A DNA stretch of 64,000 bases. It comes from Candidatus Latescibacterota bacterium (GTDB lineage Bacteria > Latescibacterota > CBDEFO01). Numbering within the stretch: position 1 is the stretch's first letter; every line of letters starts with the position of its first letter. The notes beneath the pieces are model-generated. The model saw only the letters and a list, made by a program, of their open reading frames with translations. It was not told where the DNA came from and searched no databases. The position numbers and the translations under genes were made by a program. This document shows positions 51,038 through 60,730 of this stretch, one piece after another. Where the stretch lies: contig CBDEFO010000008.1 of NCBI GenBank assembly GCA_965237525.1, forward strand, positions 1,248,001 through 1,312,000. The letters are read 5' to 3'.

Positions 51038-52556
51038 AAGCCTTGTGAAATAGTTATGTCCCAGGCAGCGTCTGAAGCGCCGATTATGGGTCAAAGAGTA
51101 GCATATCGTATCGTTTTGCTGTGGAATAAGCAAAATAGTCTTATCAGAGTTCTGGTCAGCAAGGAATAGGAGCTGTTTGAAGAACAGGATGCACTGTCTT
51201 TGACAGACAGGGCACACATAGACGCTTTCCCCCTTCTTATGAAAGATACAAGCCTCTTGAGATTCTGTACTGTTGCAACAAGATTCAACTGTTCATTCAG
51301 TGAGGCTGGTCCTCTATAACGGGCTCGTCCCATACCGTGTTGTTGCCTGGCTTCAGCAAAGATATGTTCACTGCGTTTACGGAGTCTCCGGGAGAGTTTG
51401 TAGTCAGCTGTTAATGAGATAGACCGTGCATGATTTCTGGCTTTCGCCTCTCGCACTTTTCTATCCCGTTCGGCCTGAATATGTGCTGGATTTGTCTTGT
51501 TTTTCCATGTAGGAATCGGTTCAATCTTCTCATCGGCTCGCAGAGGAATATGGGGTATGATTCCCCGGTCAAGTACATCAGCGATAAAATTACCAGAACC
51601 GTAACCGGTATCGGCACTAAGTGTCTGAATGTCTTTGGGCATGGTGTATGTTTCAAGGTCATCTACCATCTTAAGGGCACTTTCGGGCTCTGCTGTCCCT
51701 GTCGCCTGCGTGCCCTGAGTCTCAAGGATTACTCTGCTTTTTGTGTCGATCAGATCATGGCCCATAAACGAGAGAAAAGCCCCTTTGCCCTTCGATTTGC
51801 TGTATAAGCGCGCGTCGGGGTCTGTAGTCGAACGGTGTGTTTGGTTCGTCCACTTTTCACCATGAAAGTCTTTATCCTGAGGATGCCCGGACCTACCCTT
51901 TGTCTTATCACCTTCAAAACCGATTCCCTTGAGATAATCATCAAGAGAAACAGGGGGTTCTATCGGCTCAATACTTTTCACTGAAGCATCAGCTTGTATC
52001 TGAGTGCCGTCGACACTAAGGTGTTTACCGCTCACAACACCGACATCTATGCAACACTGGACTACCTGACGCATTATCCGTTCAAACAACCCACTGGATG
52101 CCCACTTGTGATTGCGAAGCTTGTTGATCGTGCTCCTATCCGGAACCGCATCCTCAAATGTCTGATGACAAAACAACCGATATGCCGCATGCATCCCCAC
52201 TTCCTGACAGAGCCGATTCTCACTCAAATTATACAGATAGCCAATAAGGATCATTCGAACAACTAATTCAGGATCAATACCGGGTCTGCCATTGTCAGGG
52301 CAATAACAATCTGATACAACGTCTCGTACAAATGAAAAATCAACTGCCTCATCAATCTGACGAAGGATATGATCCTCGGGAACTAAATCCTCCATCTGAA
52401 AATAGTGAAACACCGGATTTGTCTGTTCCTGCTTTTGTGGGGTCATTGTTTCCTCCATGTATAATATTATCAATAACATAATATAATACATCGGAGCTGC
52501 TTTATCAATGCTTGTTCTATACTACTTTCTGAATCTAAGGGTTTTTCACAAGGCTT
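51038..52556 (-). mobile_element. IS1182-family insertion sequence, copy 3 (1519 bp)
   Basis: Same ends; target duplication TTAA (51034-51037, 52557-52560). Confidence 0.93.
51091..52446 (-). CDS. IS1182-family DDE transposase
   Basis: Near-identical to copies 1 and 2. Confidence 0.92.
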   Translation of the reverse strand: MTPQKQEQTNPVFHYFQMEDLVPEDHILRQIDEAVDFSFVRDVVSDCYCPDNGRPGIDPELVVRMILIGYLYNLSENRLCQEVGMHAAYRLFCHQTFEDAVPDRSTINKLRNHKWASSGLFERIMRQVVQCCIDVGVVSGKHLSVDGTQIQADASVKSIEPIEPPVSLDDYLKGIGFEGDKTKGRSGHPQDKDFHGEKWTNQTHRSTTDPDARLYSKSKGKGAFLSFMGHDLIDTKSRVILETQGTQATGTAEPESALKMVDDLETYTMPKDIQTLSADTGYGSGNFIADVLDRGIIPHIPLRADEKIEPIPTWKNKTNPAHIQAERDRKVREAKARNHARSISLTADYKLSRRLRKRSEHIFAEARQQHGMGRARYRGPASLNEQLNLVATVQNLKRLVSFIRRGKASMCALSVKDSASCSSNSSYSLLTRTLIRLFCLFHSKTIRYATL

Positions 52557-52758
52557 TTAAAGTGGGTAATCTTTCCAGCTGGTGAGACTGGACTATCGAG
52601 CTTTGCCCAGAAAAAGAAGCACTTCTTCCCTCAGACCCATATAGAATCGTATCGACATGGTCACAGATTTTCCGTCAGCCGATATAAATACCAGTAAGAT
52701 ATTATCCTGACAACGGTAAATCGTGGTATTGAAACCTCTTCAACTACAGAGACCCATA

Positions 52759-53388
52759 TCATTTCTTAGCCAGCGCTTTCTCTAGGATCGCGCGCAAATC
52801 CGGCGGAAGGTTCAGCGCAAGTGCAGCTTCATGTCCCCGGGGAGACATCTTCTTCCAGGTCTTTCGGATAATACCGATCAGCTTACCTTCGTCATGCTGC
52901 TTGGCAAAATCGGCAAAATAGTTTTCCAGAAAAACCAGGCAGATGACGTCTTCCAAGAGTTGAACCTCCGGATCCAGTTTCAATTTCTCCTTTCGCAGGA
53001 GCACCTGCACACGACTGACGATTTCTGAGTCATAACCGACGTCTCTTAGAATCTGGCCGGCGCTTTCCGCGTGAAACTTGGCAAGGTTAGTCCGCCATCT
53101 TTTGTAACCACTCCGATCCATCGGGTAGTCACTGCGCGGGATGGTCCAACGGCGGATGTGCTGACAGCGGGCGGCGAGTTTCAACGCTTCGGAGGCATCG
53201 GGACCAAGCACCTCCAGCCACGCGGTCATTCTTCTGGAGTAGAGCAGCTCTTTCGGGTACTCGACCGTCTCAAAGACCTCCCTGTTGGGGTCTTCGCTGT
53301 TGGCGGCATCGAAGCGGATGATTGCTTGGTCGAAGCGCACAGGGTCTGAAATCTCGGTAGGATTCCTCACTTTGGGATAATCACACAC
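52759..53388 (-). CDS. DUF4202 domain protein
   Basis: DAANSEDP, PKELLYS..M, AARCQHIRRW..PR..YP, LEDVICLVFL, KTWKKMS. Confidence 0.85.
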   Translation of the reverse strand: MCDYPKVRNPTEISDPVRFDQAIIRFDAANSEDPNREVFETVEYPKELLYSRRMTAWLEVLGPDASEALKLAARCQHIRRWTIPRSDYPMDRSGYKRWRTNLAKFHAESAGQILRDVGYDSEIVSRVQVLLRKEKLKLDPEVQLLEDVICLVFLENYFADFAKQHDEGKLIGIIRKTWKKMSPRGHEAALALNLPPDLRAILEKALAKK

Positions 53389-53654
53389 ATAGTCTTTTTA
53401 TCTTGCCTTACAGCAGGAAGATCAGCTGCGCTGAAACTTTACTCTTGCCGACAGATACTTTTATCCAACAGTCTGTGAAGCAAATATCTTTTCCAGTCCC
53501 TCTCTCGACCGGTCAACTGCTCCACTCAGTAGCCATTGCTTACGCTGTTATCTCCTAAGGCATTGTGGTAATATCAGCCATAGTCTTGATGCATGAGTTT
53601 CGAAAGCTTGCGTTACCTTCGGTGACGAAGAGTCCTAACCTTACCATACGATAG

Positions 53655-53873
53655 TCATACATCGGGCGAGCCGGTGGCTCCGCGCGGCAACGCCTCACCC
53701 CAGTCCTCGAAGTGCACAAAATCACGCGTCACCAGGTGAAACCACGGCGTTCCCTGTCCGCGCCCGGTCTCGTCCCGATAATCCTTCAGGTAAAAGAGAT
53801 GGTAGTCACCTCTCCAGTAAAAGGGGATGAAATCGGCAGCCACACCGTCAGAGGGGCGATAGAATATGGTCAT
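53655..53873 (-). pseudogene. GH32-like beta-propeller hydrolase N-terminal fragment
   Basis: YRP..ADFIPFY..YHLFYL..W.HLVTRDFVHFE; stops after 72 codons. Confidence 0.7.
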
Positions 53874-53965
53874 AGGTTGTGTACCTTCCGTTGCTCGAGC
53901 GCAGCTGAAAAGTGTCACTTTCCCGGTCAGATCGAACCTAAAATGACGTCATCGCGTGCCCCTCT

Positions 53966-54985
53966 TTAAAGCTCCCTGAGGCTCGACCCATTAGTCGCCG
54001 ATTCCAAGATCGCCAGGTTTACCCTCAGGGTCTGTATTCCTTCGTCGAGCGAGCACAAAGGCTTGGTACCCATCTCAACTGCGTCAAGAAAAACGTTGGC
54101 CTGCCGTATAAAAAGTGTATCGCGTTCCAGCGCGTCGCACGGTTCATCATTCCAGTCTTCGTCCGGCACTGTTATCCAACGCCATCGATGTCTGTGCGAC
54201 TCGAAGCGGGCGGTGCCCTGACTACAGACCACAGTTGTGGTCGTTTCATTGGGGGCCTGATGTTGATTGTAGTTGTAACTGCCCAGCACCGACCCCTGCC
54301 GTGTTAGCACACAGACGGTGTCTTCCACTTCGACGCCGTCCAGCACCTGATGCGCCGCATCAGCCACGACACGATCCACCGGACCGACCAGCCATTCACC
54401 GGCATTGACCAAGTGAGTCAACCCATCCTGGATGGCACCACCTCCGGTAGCCCGATCCGCGTAGTAGATCTCGCGATAGGCGGGGCGGTATGTGGGGAAG
54501 TGCTGGCCTGCCACGATCACGATCTGAACGGGTGCACCAAAGCGCCCGCTGTCAATGGCCCGCTTCATCTCTGCAAGCGCCGGCTGGGCGCGGTGGTTAT
54601 AGCCTACGGCCGCAACGATCCCCTTCTCTATTACTAACTGGCGCAACTGTTCGACACCTTCAAGGCTCGTGGCCAACGGCTTTTCGATTAAGAGATGATG
54701 CCCCGCTTCAGCCACACGAGTAGCTATAGGCACGTGCAGGTGAGCCGGGGTGGCCACCACAGCCGCCTTGTCCCCGATTGCATCTATCGGGGAATCGAAG
54801 ACGCCACCCAGCGCAGAGTCGAGATTTGAGTAGGTCCGCGTTACCCCGTAGCGATCGGCGATTCTCTGGCGAACTTCGTCGCCTATCTCGCATATGGACA
54901 CGTCAGCACGGCCGGTGGCCCCGAAGCATCGCACGTGGCGCTCGCCAATAGAGCCGACACCTATGACTAGGACCTGTACCGGCAT
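53966..54985 (-). CDS. Gfo/Idh/MocA family oxidoreductase
   Basis: GVGSIGERH, VATP..H, IEKP, GGG..D..H; carries an in-frame SPIDAIG insertion. Confidence 0.92.
   Translation of the reverse strand: MPVQVLVIGVGSIGERHVRCFGATGRADVSICEIGDEVRQRIADRYGVTRTYSNLDSALGGVFDSPIDAIGDKAAVVATPAHLHVPIATRVAEAGHHLLIEKPLATSLEGVEQLRQLVIEKGIVAAVGYNHRAQPALAEMKRAIDSGRFGAPVQIVIVAGQHFPTYRPAYREIYYADRATGGGAIQDGLTHLVNAGEWLVGPVDRVVADAAHQVLDGVEVEDTVCVLTRQGSVLGSYNYNQHQAPNETTTTVVCSQGTARFESHRHRWRWITVPDEDWNDEPCDALERDTLFIRQANVFLDAVEMGTKPLCSLDEGIQTLRVNLAILESATNGSSLREL
54772..54792 (-). repeat. 21-bp palindromic element, in-frame inside the oxidoreductase gene
   Basis: Minus strand T-CCCCGATAGATGCAATCGGGG-A read as S-P-I-D-A-I-G-D. 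Confidence 0.9.
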
Positions 54986-55180
54986 TCTGCTTCCCTCATC
55001 TTATCTAGCTTCCTTATTGACTGTACAATCACTTCGTTCCTAACAATGACACCTCTGTAGAACCTGAGCCAATCTTTACAGTAAGTACCAAGTCAAAATA
55101 GTCCGGACAGACTATAGAGATACAATGAGTAGACAGCACGCGGGGATGGCAAACGGTGCCCTGTCTACGCCCGATTGAAT

Positions 55181-55201
55181 CCCCAATTGATTCTATCGAG
55201 G
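55181..55201 (-). repeat. degenerate 21-bp element nested in an older copy
   Basis: GCCCGATTGAAT-CCCCAATTGATTCTATCGAGG-ATCAGGGC. Confidence 0.65.
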
Positions 55202-55272
55202 ATCAGGGCTACCGACTACCGTCTGCTCACTTAACATCCGCTCAACTTCAGGGCTGTGCAACACCGATTTGC

Positions 55273-56126
55273 TTAACCTCACGATGGCTCAGTCATTTTC
55301 TCTTTTAATTGGCGGGAAATTTCAGCAAGATGCCCATCGTTCGCCATCACCTGCTCCAGATGCCGCATCCGTTCCGGGCCAGCCGTCCGAACCATTTTCT
55401 CGCCATAATTTCGATCAATCCAGAAGCGGGCCGATCTTCCGATATAGGTACGCAGATCTTCCAAACGGTCGTAAGGATAGCATTGGCATAGGTCATGGTA
55501 AACATCCGCCTGCGACGCCCACCGCCGAATGAGGCGTGCTTTGTATTGTGGTTAAGTCAAACCACATCCCCTAACTGTGTCTCTAATGCTATTGCCGGTA
55601 CGTCCTTGTCGTGCGTACCCCATCGTTCAAGACACTGCTGAATCTGCTCTTGAAGTAGTCCGTCAGCATAACGATCTCCAAAGAGATGGCTGCCCGGAAT
55701 CACGCGAAGGGCTCCCGTGTCACGGGTTAAGGGGTCAAGGTAAAAGGCTATTTTGAGGTGCATGGGATCTTCTGCCCTGTGCGCTCCATTGGAATGCCAA
55801 TGCGTGTCCCCCACGTAGTACTTTCCATCGCTGCCCATATAGTTGAAATCATCTCCCAACAGGCTGGTCGCAATTCCCAAGATACGCGGGTCGTCCAACA
55901 GAGAAGAGAGGATCTCACTTTGATCTATGAAGGGAACGATACAGGAGCGGGCTTTCCCATCATGCGGCTTCCCGTCATGCCCTCCCCCGTGTGTATCCCA
56001 AACTGCTTCAAACTCCCTATCAATCTCCGCGCTGCGATCTTCTACCAGGCTGGGGAAACTAAGATAGCCAAAAGTACCGAAGAAATTGATTTGCTGGTCA
56101 GTCAGTCTGTAATCTTGGTTTTTCAC
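55273..56126 (-). pseudogene. phytanoyl-CoA dioxygenase (PhyH) family gene, disrupted
   Basis: LTDQQINFF.TFGYL, WHSN, GALRVIPGSH, GDVV; frame break at about 55560, then NHNTKHASFGG..RRMFT continues in another frame. Confidence 0.8.
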
Positions 56127-56220
56127 TTAGAACTCCCCTGCGTAGTTTAATCGTATTTCTTTGTATATTCAGTATTTTATACGATCTACCTTTAAATTTG
56201 AAGTACCCAAGAGATCTCTG

Positions 56221-57636
56221 TTACTCCCCTAATCTTAACCTAATCCAGTCTCTAATCCCATTCCTGCTCTCTGTGCTAATCAACGTTATCTGGATGCCGT
56301 GGGCATCGGTATTGCGAACCGTTCCTGAAGTCCTCGGTCGAGATGTACGCTGGAACATGATGCTGGCCATAAATACGGAGGCAGTATCATTTCGAGACGC
56401 TACAAAGAAAATGGAATTAGGACTGAAGCTCTCAACATCAGCTCCCACAAACCGGGGAGTCAGTAGTAGAGTCTCTCCAGTACTTGTGTTCTGCAAAGCT
56501 ATAGGTGAAATTGAAACAGTAGTCTTGATCTGGCTGAAAGACCCTGCACTTATATACGCGATGTTGGCCCCTAAATCCTCGCCGATGAGGGCTATTTTGC
56601 CTGTATCTACCTCAGATTGGGCAGAAAGCCACGCTAAAGCCCCTTTAACATCCAAAGGCATGTTTTCCAGATCCTGGATAGTCAGGGTACAAGTTAGGTT
56701 GTCAGTTGACCTCTCACACGAACGACCGCCGGGATCTTCGCTTTGTCCGTGTCCTCGGAAGTCTATCCGAAGCACAGCGTATCCTTCCTCAAGGAGCTCG
56801 ACTGTGAGGGGACTGACTAGCCAATTGTCGCGGTTGGAGCCCAGCGAGTGGAGGAGGATTACCACAGGGAATGTTTCGCTATCTAAATTGGGAAGGGTCC
56901 ACCCTCCAGATATGATAAGATTGTCGTCCGTGGAGAAGCTGACGCTCTGTATAATAAATCCGACCGTCACAACCACTTCATCTGGCTCACTGTTAGCTAT
57001 ACCATCATTGACCACCAGACTGATCAGATACCTCCCGGCGACCGAAGCCGTAAAAGTGGGCCGCGCATGGGTAGAATCACTCAGGGCGATCCCCTCAGGG
57101 GCTATCCAGCTATAACTCAACTGATCCCCATCGGCATCGGTGCTCCCACTCCCGTCCAACTGGACTGTCGAACCTACGGGTACAGCCTGATCAGGACCTG
57201 CATCCGCCACGGGAGGACTATTTGCGGTCGCTGTCCTGCCGAAGCTATCCAGAAAAAGCACAAAGTCAGATAGACCAATTTCTCCATTACTATCCAGATC
57301 GAATCTGGGATCCCAGTCGGCTGAACTAGTAGTTGCCCCAAAAGAATCCAGAAAAAGCACAAAGTCGGACAGACCTACTTCGTTGTCACCGTCGAAATCT
57401 CCTACCAGGCCGGAGATCTCAGCAAGGTGGGACAGATTCCACGACACAGACACATTATGGCTGTCCTGGCTGACCGCAGCCAGGACATTATCGGCATTCC
57501 ACTCAGTACTGAAAGCTGAAGGTGAGAGATCCTCAACCGTAAAGTCAGTCTTGGGTGCAAAAAGGTCCTGTGCTTGGACAGGCGCATTCAAAGCGACTAA
57601 AAGGATCAGAGCTATGTGGGAGGCTTTCCATCTCAT
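56221..57636 (-). CDS. secreted multidomain protein: EF-hand/dockerin-like tag, PKD-like domain, alpha/beta hydrolase
   Basis: Signal peptide, GDFDGDNEVGLSDFVLF, PPVADAGPDQ..LDGSGSTDADGD, DFRGHGQS, GEDLG, DAHG. Confidence 0.8.
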   Translation of the reverse strand: MRWKASHIALILLVALNAPVQAQDLFAPKTDFTVEDLSPSAFSTEWNADNVLAAVSQDSHNVSVSWNLSHLAEISGLVGDFDGDNEVGLSDFVLFLDSFGATTSSADWDPRFDLDSNGEIGLSDFVLFLDSFGRTATANSPPVADAGPDQAVPVGSTVQLDGSGSTDADGDQLSYSWIAPEGIALSDSTHARPTFTASVAGRYLISLVVNDGIANSEPDEVVVTVGFIIQSVSFSTDDNLIISGGWTLPNLDSETFPVVILLHSLGSNRDNWLVSPLTVELLEEGYAVLRIDFRGHGQSEDPGGRSCERSTDNLTCTLTIQDLENMPLDVKGALAWLSAQSEVDTGKIALIGEDLGANIAYISAGSFSQIKTTVSISPIALQNTSTGETLLLTPRFVGADVESFSPNSIFFVASRNDTASVFMASIMFQRTSRPRTSGTVRNTDAHGIQITLISTESRNGIRDWIRLRLGE

Positions 57637-57740
57637 TTCAGGGATTCCTTTGTCACAGCCGATTCCCGGCGCCTGCCGCTGAGGGACTTTCCCAGAAGTA
57701 GTCTCGATTATCCATCCTGCAAGTTCCCACTGGTTGCAGG

Positions 57741-59234
57741 TCACGCCAGCCGATTGATTCCATCGAACGCCGCGGTCTTGTAACACTCGGCCAGCGTGGG
57801 GTAATTGAATACCGTGTTCTCGAAGTAGTCCACTTTGCCACCAAACGCCATGACAGCCTGCCCGATGTGGATAAGTTCGCTGGCTCCCTCGCCAATAATG
57901 TGGACTCCCAAAAGTTGACGCGTTTCAACGTGAAAGATTAGTTTCAATAATCCGGTGGTGTCGCCGATGATCTGCCCGCGTGCGATCTCTCGGTACTGTG
58001 CCTTTCCCACTTCGTAGGGGATGTCCTGTTCGGTTAGCTCTTCTTCGGTGGAGCCCACGGTCGAAATTTCAGGAATGGTGTAGATGCCGTAGGGGAAAAG
58101 CTCTGGCATACTCTCTGCCTCGACACCGAAAGCGTGGCAGGCGGCTAAACGGCCCTGCTCCATCGATGTGGAGGCCAAGCTGGGGAAACCGATCACATCG
58201 CCAACAGCGTAAATGTGCGGAAGCTCCGTCTGGTAATTTTCATCTACCTTGAGCCGACCGCGCTTATCGGGCTTTATTCCCACAGCTTCTAAGTTCAAGT
58301 TTTGTGTTGCACCAGTGCGACCGATGCTATACAGTGCTTTCTCGGTGATGATTTGCTTGCCGCTGTCCAGGTGGATCTTCACCTGTTCGCCACGTCCTTC
58401 GGTGATAGGCTCGATGCCGCTGACCTCCTCGCCCAAGCGTAGCGTGAGGCGATTCTGACGCAGGTGGTAGATCAAAGCATCCACGATCTCGGAATCTATG
58501 AAGTCCAACAGGCGAGGCCTTTTGTCTATCAACGTTACCCGGACGCCGAGCGCAGCGAAAATACTGGCGTATTCGCAGCCGATCACCCCTCCACCGACAA
58601 CCGCCAGTGTGCGAGGAGCGCGGTCAAGCTTAAGGATGTCGTCGCTGGTAAAAATGAGCTTCTCATCAAAGGGGATATTAGGACCCCGGGTTACTTCTGT
58701 CCCTGTGGCAAGAACAGTGCTGGCGGCAGTCACCTCCCTGATACCTGTTCCGGATCTCCTATTCTCACCTGAACGTCTATCCTGCACGCCCTCAGTGCTG
58801 GGAAGATTGGATACTCTCCTGTCCGACCGCTGACTACGATCAGTCACATAATCCAGGAGTATGGTGTGTTGATCCACGAATGAGGCTTTTGCTGTAATCA
58901 GCTCGACTTGGTTACGCATCAATTGATGACTTGTTACGTCACGCTCATTGCGTGTTACGTGGTCCACCCGAAACAACAGATCCTCCATTGTGACTTCTTG
59001 CTTAACTGTGTAAGATGCGCCGTACAACCCACGTAATCGGTATCCGGACAGGTGCAACACTGCTTCGCGCAGGGTCTTGCCGGGGATTGTGCCGATATTA
59101 ATACAGACGCCTCCGATCATCGCTTTAAACTCCGCGATCGCCACGCGTTTGCCCAGCTTGGCAGCCTGGATCGCTGCTCGCTGTCCAGCCGGGCCGGAGC
59201 CGATCACGAACAGATCAAAATCGAACTCGGACAT
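57741..59234 (-). CDS. sthA: soluble Si-specific NAD(P)+ transhydrogenase
   Basis: GSGPAG, GGVCINIGTIP (single Cys), GGGVIGCEYASIF, GDVIGFPSLAS, FNYPTLAE. Confidence 0.93.
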   Translation of the reverse strand: MSEFDFDLFVIGSGPAGQRAAIQAAKLGKRVAIAEFKAMIGGVCINIGTIPGKTLREAVLHLSGYRLRGLYGASYTVKQEVTMEDLLFRVDHVTRNERDVTSHQLMRNQVELITAKASFVDQHTILLDYVTDRSQRSDRRVSNLPSTEGVQDRRSGENRRSGTGIREVTAASTVLATGTEVTRGPNIPFDEKLIFTSDDILKLDRAPRTLAVVGGGVIGCEYASIFAALGVRVTLIDKRPRLLDFIDSEIVDALIYHLRQNRLTLRLGEEVSGIEPITEGRGEQVKIHLDSGKQIITEKALYSIGRTGATQNLNLEAVGIKPDKRGRLKVDENYQTELPHIYAVGDVIGFPSLASTSMEQGRLAACHAFGVEAESMPELFPYGIYTIPEISTVGSTEEELTEQDIPYEVGKAQYREIARGQIIGDTTGLLKLIFHVETRQLLGVHIIGEGASELIHIGQAVMAFGGKVDYFENTVFNYPTLAECYKTAAFDGINRLA

Positions 59235-59838
59235 TCTCTAATCTCCTTTTTTGCAGACAACGCTTCTCCATGTGATAGTGTACGTCCCTCGGGTCATAGG
59301 TAGTTCACCAGCTTCTGTATAGTAAAGAGCTTCTTGTCTTCAGTTACGCGACTTTGCGGCCTGGCGGAACAGATGCTCACCTGACCTCAAAAGGATTCTT
59401 CAATTATCTTTACTGCAGGTGCAGCACTGGAATTCACTAAAGATAGCAATTCTTGGAGTCCTTGTCAATGTCAAGTGAACTTTAAAGGGGTGGAAGGACA
59501 AGATATGTGGCTGTGGTTTGGAACAACGATGGCGTTTTGTATCTTTGGACGACCAACAACGATCATACGATGGCAGCGGGATCTCGCACTTTGAAAACGT
59601 CGGGACTGACGAGTATCCGGCCTTCTTCCAGAAAGTCTAGCTAAGAGTCAACGGCAGGGAGCTAACGATAGGCGCTGGCACGCTGCAAATCCCGCGTCTC
59701 CGATCGGTTCAAGACGGGTCGAATAGATCTCATAGTCGGACAGGGAGACCGGTATGTCCATCTCTGCATCGGTAATGTGATTGCAGGGTACCCGCGGCGT
59801 TACGGGTGAGCCGTCTTGCTTGATATTATACGAGGTGA

Positions 59839-60435
59839 CTACAGAACCGTTTGCATCCCACTGATAAAATCTTTCTTACCGCCGTGAGAGGGATGCCGAA
59901 TGTAGATTATTTTCTCGTCAGGAAATAGTTCCATTAGTGTCGCCTCGCCAACCCGACCGAGTGAGCAAAACCTCTTCGGCTTAAACAACTCATAGACAAT
60001 TTTCAAATACTCCTTTCCTTCTTCTATCTCCAAAGCGTCAGGCTTTCTGTTGCTCCTGGCTATGCCGCTAATATAAGGATGAAACGGAAAGGCATTCCAC
60101 AAAATGGGGACCGGCCTGTCGTCCCCCAGTAAATCCCAGAAGATTGTCGCTGTCCTTTCGGAGGCAACCTCGCGCAGTTTAATTTTCCTTCCAATCTCTT
60201 TGAATACCTTGCCCGCGGACTCCCCTATAGAAACCCCACTTGTAAAAGGTATCCCTGTGAGTCTACAGCCACTATATCCGGGAGCTTCACCTACTATAAA
60301 CACCTCGTGCCTGTTTCGAAGTAGATAGTCGAAGTATAATCTCAGATTATCCCGAATGTCCTGATCTTGATACTGGTTAAACACAGTATGGGACGATTCT
60401 CTTTTCGATAGAGATCTTAAGAGATAGTTTAGCAT
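59839..60435 (-). CDS. uracil-DNA glycosylase superfamily protein
   Basis: VGEAPGY.G..TGIPFTS, WNAFPFHP, RHPS. Confidence 0.85.
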   Translation of the reverse strand: MLNYLLRSLSKRESSHTVFNQYQDQDIRDNLRLYFDYLLRNRHEVFIVGEAPGYSGCRLTGIPFTSGVSIGESAGKVFKEIGRKIKLREVASERTATIFWDLLGDDRPVPILWNAFPFHPYISGIARSNRKPDALEIEEGKEYLKIVYELFKPKRFCSLGRVGEATLMELFPDEKIIYIRHPSHGGKKDFISGMQTVL

Positions 60436-60569
60436 ATCCTGTGCGCCTTCACATTCGGCTACAGCCTACTGATCTGGAACATGTTAATAGATAGCAGACA
60501 GCGTACAGGAGTGAGGAGGTGCCCTTTCTAGCCCTGATTGAATCCCCGATTGCCCCCGAATGATTCTAC

Positions 60570-60590
60570 CCCCGATAGATTCAATCGGGG
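60570..60590 (+). repeat. 21-bp palindromic element at the centre of a multiply nested cluster (60531-60598)
   Basis: C-CCCCGATAGATTCAATCGGGG-G, preceded by CCCTGATTGAAT, CCCCGATTG and CCCCCGAATGATTCTA. Confidence 0.88.
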
Positions 60591-60730
60591 GGGCGGGAGT
60601 AAGTAATTCTCTGCCTGACTACCTCCCTTGCCTAGAGATTGCTCCGGGATGAACCCCCTCGCAATGACCTAAGCAAATGGCAAGCAACATTGTCAAAGCA
60701 AAGCCAGGCAATCTCATCACAATAGTATTG

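Noticed and set aside
33997..52556. Composite transposon bounded by IS1182 copies 2 and 3
   Set aside because: Each copy has its own duplication and the interval holds housekeeping genes (rsgA, queA, rarA); independent insertions are simpler, although identical TTAA targets cannot exclude it.
52695..52752. Short repeat of 50862-50893 with an ATTGAAAC-ending insert, resembling a CRISPR repeat end
   Set aside because: Only one such unit; more likely a small duplication scar.
56198..57115. Long antisense ORFs (this 305-aa one, 1736-2413, 5212-5844, 18200-18859 and others)
   Set aside because: They shadow well-supported genes on the opposite strand and have no recognisable motifs.
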